A stretch of 64,000 nt of DNA from Ktedonobacteraceae bacterium (GTDB taxonomy: Bacteria; Chloroflexota; Ktedonobacteria; Ktedonobacterales; Ktedonobacteraceae): positions 13,264-77,263 of the forward strand of contig DAOTTL010000166.1 of the NCBI GenBank assembly GCA_034438135.1. Direction: 5' to 3'. The position numbers and the translations under genes were made by a program. The notes under the pieces are model-generated. The model was not told the DNA's origin. It did no database searches and saw only the letters and a list, made by a program, of their open reading frames with translations. Shown here piece by piece: positions 19,601 to 27,417 of this stretch (the stretch's first letter is position 1; the number at the start of each line of letters is the position of its first letter).

Positions 19601-20452
19601 CAATGTGGCAAGCTTGTTTCTGAGATCAACAGGGATCTCGAAATGATAGTGAGCGCCTCGATAGCTTTGAACGGCAGGCCTCAGATGGTCGGTTGGAAGG
19701 TTCAGCAGGGTAGGTGCGTCCGCCAACTGGCGTTTCCAGTAGGTGAGCTGAAGTTGCAAAACATCTCCTTGCAACCGCTCGCGTTGCCAGAGTGTGAAGT
19801 CGGCATACTGTAATGGTAGCGATGGTAATGGGGACGGTTGTTTCGCGGTGAAAGCTGTATAGAGGGTAGCAAGCTCACGCAACAACAGCGTCAGTGACCA
19901 GCCGTCGCACACACTATGGTGGACTGCCAGCAAGAGTATATGTCTGTCATGAGCAAGACGTAACAGACGAACGCGCAGGAGTGGTCCCTCGGCCAGGTCG
20001 AAGGGCTGGTGAGCCGTGACAGCCGCCAGTTTTTCGATCTGGCTATTCTGTTCAGTCACGGAGAGATCTGTCAGATCCACGCGGAGAGGTTGTATGGGAT
20101 ATGCAGGCGCGATGACCTGGACCAGTTGTTCATCGACAAGTGCAAAGGTGGTGCGCAAGGCCTCGTGTCGCTGCACGATTTCGCTCAGACTCTGTTCCAG
20201 TACTCTCTCTTCAAGATGACCGTTGAGAGCAATCTGGCGTGCAATGGTATAAACAGGATTATCAGGCTCGAACTGATGGAGAAACCAGAAGCGTTGCTGT
20301 GTAAACGAGGCTGGCGGTGGTCCGCTTCTCTCTCTGCGTGTTAATGTATGCTGTGGCGTTGCCACAGCAATCTTATCTTGCTGAAGCAGCTTCTCAAGAA
20401 GTGCACGCTTTTTTTGTGAAAGTGCGAATGTATGTTGAGATCCCTGATCCAT
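10691..20452 (-). CDS. NRPS, three modules: C-A-T-C-A-T-C-A-T
   Basis: The three modules read as follows:
- Module 1: C3 [9 protein letters not shown], A3 [31 protein letters not shown]
- Module 2: C3 [9 protein letters not shown], A3 [31 protein letters not shown]
- Module 3: C3 [9 protein letters not shown], A3 [29 protein letters not shown] (Tyr replaces the usual His; codon 10928-10930)

The protein ends in a Lys/Arg-rich tail, ...[24 protein letters not shown]. Hand-extracted codes are DLFNNALTYK (Ala-like), DAWFLGNVVK (Leu-like) and DIWHLGFINK (unassigned). The ATG at 20452 lies 6 nt after the upstream TAA, with GAAGGA upstream. Confidence 0.93.
   Translation of the reverse strand: [3253 protein letters not shown]
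14120..15860 (-). repeat. Duplicated A-T segment (Leu-like module), copy in gene 10691-20452
   Basis: About 1.74 kb is near-identical to 20697-22443 at both nucleotide and protein level. An example is [35 protein letters not shown]... against [35 protein letters not shown]... The shadow ORFs 14145..14348 and 20721..20924 are also near-identical. Confidence 0.85.
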
Positions 20453-20458
20453 GTGACA

Positions 20459-23400
20459 TTATCCTTCTTGAGAAGAGTAGAGACTATCCTGCGACATCTC
20501 ATCTACCTCGTCATCAGACATCTGCGCGAGCATGAGCAGGAGTTGGGCGGTTTTTTCAATGCGAGCACTTTCTTCACTATTATGGAGCAACAGGAACGCC
20601 TGCTCACTGACAGTAGGTTTTTCAAACATGCTCCGTAAGGGCAACTCTATCTGGAATGTATCGTGGACGCGTGCCGCAACCTGGGTGAACAGGAGAGAGT
20701 GACCACCGAGGGAGAAGAAGTTGTCATGGATGCCGACCACCGAACGTCCCAGCGTCTCCTGCCAGATCTCGCTGAGGATCTGTTCGAGCGGGGTCGCACT
20801 TTCCCCGGAACTGGGAGCTTCCCAGGAGGGAGTCACGGGCATGGGCAAGGCACGTCGATCCAGCTTACCCTGGGCGGTGAGTGGCAAGTCCGAGAGAACT
20901 ATCAGGTCACCAGGGATCATATAGCCAGGTAAGCGCCGGGTCATCCACTCGCGCAACGCTTGTTCCAAACCGCTTTGTGAGGTCAGCGGAACCACATAAG
21001 CAATCAGCCGCGTATCGTTTGTCTCTTCCTGAGACTTATACGCCGGGAGCACGACCGCCTGCTGGACGGCTGGATGGGCTTGTAGCACGGCGGCGATCTC
21101 CGCCAGTTCGACCCGAAAGCCACGGATCTTGACCTGCTCATCGCGCCGCCCGACGAAGTCCAGGGTGCCATCGACTCGCCAGCGCACAAAGTCCCCGCTA
21201 CGATAGAGACGCGCCCCAGGCTGCTCGCTGAAGGGATGGGGCAGGAAACGTTCGGCGGTCAGGTCGGGTCGTTGTAGATAGCCGCGAGCCAGGCCGGTGC
21301 CACCTAGATAGAGTTCGCCGGGCACGCCGATGGGAACCTGTTGCATCTGCTCGTCAAGGACATAGGCCCGCATGCGTGTCAGGGCAGAGCCGATGTCAGG
21401 GGCCGGATCGCTGGCAGCCAGAGAAGAAGAGACCGATCCACTGGTGGCAACGACGGTCGTTTCGGTGGGACCATAGTTATTGATTAGTTGACAGGACAGA
21501 GCGTCCAGAGGTAGGGCGTGGAGGCGGTCGCCGCCGGTGAGCAGGAAGCGCAGGGAGGTGACTGTGGACAGGGTGTCAGGCTGACGCAGCACAAGCTCGG
21601 CCAGCGGAGTCGGCAGGAAGCAGAGGGTCAGAGCCTCTTGTTGCATCCAGCGTTGCAAAAGAGGCGGCAACACGAACGAGGGATCAGCGGGCAGACAGAG
21701 ACGAGCACCGGAGAGCAGACAGGGCCAGAGTTCCCAGCCCATGGCATCGAAGCTGAGATCGGCAACCTGGCTAATGTGATCGGAGGGAGTGAGAGTGAAG
21801 GCATGCTGATGCCAGTCGATCAGATGAAGCAGGTTGCGATGGCTGAGCATGACGCCTTTGGGAGCGCCAGTCGAGCCAGAGGTGAAGATGACATAGGCCA
21901 GTTGCTCAGCGTGAAAGGGAATGGCACCTGGTAGAGGAGGATCAGCCGAGAGTGGGAGATCCGAGAGCAGGGTATCCAGGGCGAGAGCAGGAACGAGCAG
22001 CGAGAGATCATCTGAGAGAGAGGAGAGCAACGCGTGCTGAGAGAGCAGGACGTGCGGGTGAGCCTGGTCCAGCAGAGAGAGCAGGCGTGTAGTCGGCAGC
22101 GCCGGACTCAGCGGAAGATAGGCCGCGCCAGCTTTGAGCGAGGCGAGCAGGGCAATGAGCAGCAGTGGAGAGCGCTCAAGCAAGATAGCGACGAGTGCCT
22201 CCGAAGGTAGCGCGAGTGAGCGCAAGTGGAGCGCGACCCGTGAGGAGAGGAGATCGAGTTGCTGATAGGTAAGCTGCTGGTCATTCCAGGAGACAGCGAT
22301 GGCGTCAGGAGTACGTTGCGCCTGTTGAGTGAAGAGATTGTGGACGCCCAGAGGAGCCTGGAAGGGCTGTACAGGAGGGTTCCAGCTCGAAAGTAGGGCC
22401 AGTTCAGCGGGAGGTAGTAGCGACAATTCCCCTATCTGCCTGCCAGCATCAGCAACAGCATGTCGTGCCAGCGTCTGATAATGCTCAACCATGCGTGCAA
22501 TGGTCGTCTCCTCGAACAGATCGGTACTGTACTCCCAGATCATCGTAATGCCACCTGGCTGTGATGATGCAACGTCCTGTCCCATGCGTTGCTCAGAGCG
22601 AGGAATAACGGTCACATTCAGGTCAAATTTGGCCGAGCCATTGTTGAGCGCCTCCAGCAACTCGACCTCCAGTCCAGGCAGCGTTAACGCGGGCAACGGC
22701 GAATCATGGAAGGCAAAGACCACCTGGAAGAGTGGATTATGGCTCAGATTGCGCTCAGGCTGTACGGCCTCTACCACGCGCTCAAAAGGGAGATCCTGAT
22801 GTGCGTAGGCTGCCAGACAAATCTCACGTACATTGTGAAGTAGTTGACGAAAGGTCTGCTCACCGGAGAGGTGATCGCGCAGGACCAGTGTATTGATAAG
22901 CATCCCAATCAGCCCTTCCGCTTCACGCCATCGTCTATTCGCAATCCCGGTGCCCACGCTTATATCGTCCTGGCCGCTATAGCGCCAGAGGAGCGTAAAG
23001 AAGATGCTCAGCATGGTCATAAACAGCGTTGTACCCTCACGACGGCTCATGACACGCATATCTTCACAGAGATCAACTGGTAGCTCAATTCTCAGGGCAG
23101 CGCCGCGCAGACTTTGCACTGCCGGTCGGGGACGATCCGTTGGTAGTTGAAGCGTTGAAGTGCCAGCGGCAAGTTTATCGCGCCAGTACGCGAACTGCGC
23201 CTCAGCTTTTGCGCCCTGCATCCATAGACGTTGCCAGCGTACAAAGTCAGAAAATTGCACAGGTAACTCTGGGAGTGGCGATGGTCTGTCGGCAGAGAAA
23301 GCCCGGTAGAGTTCAAACAGTTCGCGCAGAAAAACATTGAAGGACCAGCCGTCGTGAATCAGGTGATGTTCAATGTGGACCAGCACATGCTCCTCAGCGT

Positions 23401-25669
23401 TCAGACGCAGCAACACCCAGCGTAGCAGCGGGAGCTGTGTCAGATCGAATGTCTGATGAAATGCCTCATCAACTAAGAGCCGTTCTTCAAGTGTCTGAGC
23501 CTCGATCGGAAGATCAGCGAGATCAAGCAGCGGCAGACTCACCTCATATGATGGATGGACTCGCTGTACCGGTTTTCCCTCATGAGCGGGGAAGGTGGTA
23601 CGCATAATCTCATGGCGGCGAATGATCTCGTTCAGGCTCTTTTCTAAGGCCTTGAAATCGAGGGTGCCGCGTAACCTCAGCGTGGCCTGGAAATGATAGG
23701 CACGTGCATCTGTATGGAGTTGCTGGATAAACCAGATGCGTTCCTGAGGAAAAGAGAGGGGTGCCGGTTCGTTCGATGTAGAAGGTTGCAGTAGCATTGG
23801 CTCTAGCTCCTGCTCGCGACCATGGACTTTTGTGAACAGGTCGGCCAGTTCAGCCACCGTTGGAGCTTCAAAAAGACATAACAGCGGTAACTCTGTCTGA
23901 AGCTGTGTTCTTACACGTGTGATAATCTGTGTCGCCAGCAGCGAGTGTCCACCGAGCGCGAAGAAATTATCATCAATGCCTATCTGCTTTCTGCCCAGCA
24001 CCTGACACCAGATGCCCACCAGCGTTTCCTCCAGCGCATTGCGCGGTGGAACAAACTCCACCTCAAGCGCCTCTCTACTCTCCTCAGGCGCAGGCAATGC
24101 CTGACGATCAATTTTGCCATTGGGGGTCAGTGGTAAGTGCTCCATAAGCACAAAAGCAGAGGGGAGCATATAATCGGGCAATCTTGTTTCCAGCCAGGAG
24201 CGTAGATCTCTGGTCGTCAGCGCATGATCCCGCGCTGTTTCCACATAAGCGACGAGACGTTTATCGCCGGGTCTATCTTCGCGCAGGATTGTCACCGCCT
24301 GCCATACCAGGGCGTGTTCGTGTAGTACAGCGTCTATCTCACCAGTTTCCACCCGAAAGCCACGTATTTTTATCTGCTCATCTCGTCGTCCGACAAACTC
24401 CAGCGAGTCGTCTGAACGCAGACGTACAATATCGCCTGTGCCATACATGCGCGTCCCCGGCTCACCGCTAAAGGGATTCGGTATGAAACGTTCAGCGGTC
24501 AGATCTGGGCGACCCAGATAGCCTCGTGCCAATCCCGCGCCACCCAGGTAAAGCTCCCCTGGCATGTCAACTGCGACTGGCTGTAACGCCGTATCGAGGA
24601 CATAGGCCTGCGACCCTGTAATGGGCCGTCCAATGGGAACGGACTTTCCCGGCTGCCGCTCCACCAGTGCCCAGGTTGAATAGGTCGTATCCTCGGACGG
24701 GCCATAGAGATTGTAAAGCTGTTCAATACTCTCCAATGCATAGAGTTGCTGCGCAAGGTGAGCCGGTAAGGGTTCGCCAGCCAGATTGACCGTTTTGATC
24801 GACCGGGGGAGTGCTCCTGTCCGCAACAGTTCAGTCATGACCGATGGAACAGTATTGAGAAGAGAAACATATTCTGCGGCAGGCAGGGAGGGAAGCTGTA
24901 GAGCATTGTCCACCAGGATCACCTGGCCGCCGTGGCAAAGTGGCAGCCAGATCTCAAAGACAGAAAGATCAAAGCACAGAGAGGTCGAAGCCAGGACACT
25001 CCTGCGCTGTACCGGGCCAAACAGCTCACCCGCCCAATGCAGCATAGCGACAGCACTGCGATGAGTGATAGCAACGCCCTTGGGAGTGCCTGTAGAGCCA
25101 GAGGTATAGATCACATAGGCCAGATTCTCCGCTGCAAGCGTGTGATCTGTGACCGGAGAAGCAATTCTGGTAATCTCGTCTTCTTGCGGCAACACGGGTT
25201 GATCGGCTTGCACGTACAGAAGAGGGGTCTGCAAGTGTGCATCAACAAGCTTCTCCTGGAGACTCTGCTGGGTCAGGAGAAGGGAGGCCTGACTGTCCCG
25301 CAGCATCCAGGAAAGTCTGGCCTGAGGATAGAGTGGATCAAGCGGTACATACGCGCCACCCGCCTTGAAAACTGCCAGGACGCCTACAATCATACTAAGC
25401 GAGCGTTCCAGGCAGAGTCCGACCAGCACCTCTGGTTTCACCCCCATGCGACCCAATTGTTGTGCCAGGCGCGTAGACTGTTGATCCAGTTCGCGGTACG
25501 TCAGCAACGCCTCTCCATGCATGAGTGCTACCGCGTCAGGAGTGCGTTCAACCTGAGCTTGAAAAAGCTGGTGAATACTCGCATCTTTTAAAATATGATC
25601 AGCATTTGAAAGAGGCTGAAAAAGAGTTCTGCTTGCCCTAGAAAAATCTTGTTCCATGATATCATTCAT
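20459..25669 (-). CDS. NRPS, initiation-type: A-T-C-A-T (no N-terminal C domain)
   Basis: The protein opens directly with an A domain ([18 protein letters not shown], A3 [16 protein letters not shown]). The remaining motifs are [15 protein letters not shown], C ([18 protein letters not shown]), A3 [16 protein letters not shown] and T [14 protein letters not shown]. The C-terminal acidic helix is [15 protein letters not shown]. Codes are DLFNNALTYK (Ala-like) and DAWFLGNVVK (Leu-like). The ORF-track start at 25777 would overlap the MFS gene by 50 nt. The first in-frame ATG after the MFS stop is at 25669 (MNDIMEQ...), but its Shine-Dalgarno is weak, so the start is uncertain by tens of nt. Confidence 0.9.
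   Translation of the reverse strand: [1736 protein letters not shown]
20697..22443 (-). repeat. Duplicated A-T segment (Leu-like module), copy in gene 20459-25669
   Basis: See the 14120-15860 entry. Homology runs from the C-A linker (IGEL(A/S)LLPP) to the T-domain serine (GGHSLL) and then stops. Confidence 0.85.
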
Positions 25670-25727
25670 CGCCCTGTCACTACTGGTCAGCTTGACCTGA
25701 ATTGCTCCTGTTGTGAGAAGGTACCTC

Positions 25728-27008
25728 TCACTCAACCACCTGGGAAGTTCTGGTTTCTGGCAGATAGCGTTGAGCATGACCCAGAGCAGTAAAAGCGAAG
25801 GTTAGAGGAAGCAGGATCATAATGACTCCTATGACACTGTAGACCAGAGCAACATTTTTGACACGGTCAATGATCGTTCCGCCTATGATGGTCCCGATAG
25901 GAATCGCGGACCAGGCAAAGACGGAGGCCACAGTCATGACACGTCCCAGCATATGGCTGGGAGCGATTGTCTGACGTAAACTGTTGGTGTTAATGTTGAA
26001 AAGTATGGATACTCCCGCGATCAGTCCCCAGAGAAAAAGGGCCAGCCAGAGCTGCCGGGTGAACGAAAAGGCGACTATCAGCACTCCCTCAAGCAACAGA
26101 GCACCCAGCGCCACCATGCTAAATGACCCACGTTTGCGCAGGAACCCTGCCGTCAAAGAGATACAGGTAATGCCGACTGCGCCGGCTGTATAGAGTAGCG
26201 CGACCTGTGTATCACTCGCCTGCAACTGGCTTTTGGCGAAAAGGACCAGTTGTGCCCCTGTGGTTGTCGCAACCAGATTAACCAGAGCCATCATGATCGC
26301 AATCGCACGCAAGATTGGATGGCCGAGCACATAGTGGAGACCTTCGTTGATATCCTGCCAGATAGTTGTCTGTGGCTCGTCTGCATCCTGTTTTTTGCGA
26401 ACTGGATTGAAACTTGCTTTCACCAGCACGAGCGATCCCGCTGATAGCAGAAACGAGAGCGCATCAAAAAAGAGCAACGATGCCGTTGGAATGACAGCCA
26501 CAAGGAGACCGGCCAGGAAGGGACCCAGCACAGTGGTCGCGGAGAAGCTGGCCTGGATGCGACCATTGGCAGTTACCAGGTTATCACGATCGACAAGACT
26601 GGGAATAGCCGCGAACTGAGCGGCATTGAAGCCAATAGAGAGCGTCGTTGTACAGAAAGCGACGCCATAGATCCACCAGATCACCAGGAGATGGAAGATG
26701 CTCAGCACCGGAATAGAGGCAATCAAGAGAGCACGAGCAACATCTGTCATAATCATGAGTCGTTTGCGATCGACACGATCAACCCAGGCACCAATAATCA
26801 GGCCGAAGAGCAAATAGGGGAGGAAACCGATGGCCGAAGTCAGTGCCAGGTTCAAGGCAGAATTAGTTAACTTATAAGTCAGCAATGGAAGAGCAAATAG
26901 TGTAAACGAACTGCCAAAACTGGATACAGCCTGTCCTGTCCAAAACTTCCAAAAATCACCACTAAGTCTGGTCGCAGGGGTGGAAGTAGATGTGGGGCGA
27001 GCTGGCAC
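25728..27008 (-). CDS. MFS transporter (EntS/MFS_3-like putative exporter), about 12 TM segments
   Basis: The 426-aa protein is strongly hydrophobic with repeated TM-length segments. It carries the motif GAWVDRVDRKRLMIMTD after TM2, typical of MFS_3-type drug/siderophore exporters. The start is a GTG at 27008, preceded by GGAAGGA with a 7-nt spacer. Confidence 0.85.
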   Translation of the reverse strand: MPARPTSTSTPATRLSGDFWKFWTGQAVSSFGSSFTLFALPLLTYKLTNSALNLALTSAIGFLPYLLFGLIIGAWVDRVDRKRLMIMTDVARALLIASIPVLSIFHLLVIWWIYGVAFCTTTLSIGFNAAQFAAIPSLVDRDNLVTANGRIQASFSATTVLGPFLAGLLVAVIPTASLLFFDALSFLLSAGSLVLVKASFNPVRKKQDADEPQTTIWQDINEGLHYVLGHPILRAIAIMMALVNLVATTTGAQLVLFAKSQLQASDTQVALLYTAGAVGITCISLTAGFLRKRGSFSMVALGALLLEGVLIVAFSFTRQLWLALFLWGLIAGVSILFNINTNSLRQTIAPSHMLGRVMTVASVFAWSAIPIGTIIGGTIIDRVKNVALVYSVIGVIMILLPLTFAFTALGHAQRYLPETRTSQVVE

Positions 27009-27114
27009 GATGAAATCCTTCCGTTTTCCTAGATAGGACGGACACCCTGAAGGTCAGAGTGGTAACAGAAATCTTCGCTAAAGTGAACAAGTCTACGAAT
27101 GGCGGCACGTTTCT

Positions 27115-27143
27115 ATTATCCCATATTTTTTACTTTTTGTCAC
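27115..27143 (-). promoter_or_regulatory. Putative sigma70-type promoter for the MFS / lower NRPS-PKS operon
   Basis: The minus strand reads GTGACA-N17-GATAAT, with TGg immediately upstream of the -10 hexamer (an extended -10). It lies about 105 nt upstream of the MFS GTG and just downstream of the terminator hairpin. Confidence 0.4.
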
Positions 27144-27217
27144 CCCCCCCTTACAAGTGTAAGCGTCTTGTCGATTGTCAACATCGGCCTGGCAGGCCGT
27201 CCCAACCCATTCACAAA

Positions 27218-27267
27218 AGAGCAGAGGGAGAGTTTGCCTCACCAGACACCCCCTCTGCTCTTTTTCT
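27218..27267. terminator. Putative bidirectional intrinsic terminator hairpin
   Basis: An 11-bp perfect stem pairs AGAGCAGAGGG (27218-27228) with CCCTCTGCTCT (27251-27261). It is followed by TTTTTCT on the plus strand and by TTTTGTG on the minus strand. The loop is long (22 nt), which lowers confidence. Confidence 0.4.
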
Positions 27268-27417
27268 GCTCTGTCGCCGCAGATGACAGAGGAAGGAGCG
27301 AGAAGTCTCTTCTTGCAAGTTTATCGCCCTCACCCTGTTGCCTTTCCGTTTGGCAATGGAGGTATGTCAGTCCAATAGTTCGGTCAGGCAGGAAGATCTG
27401 AACAAGCTGAACAACAG

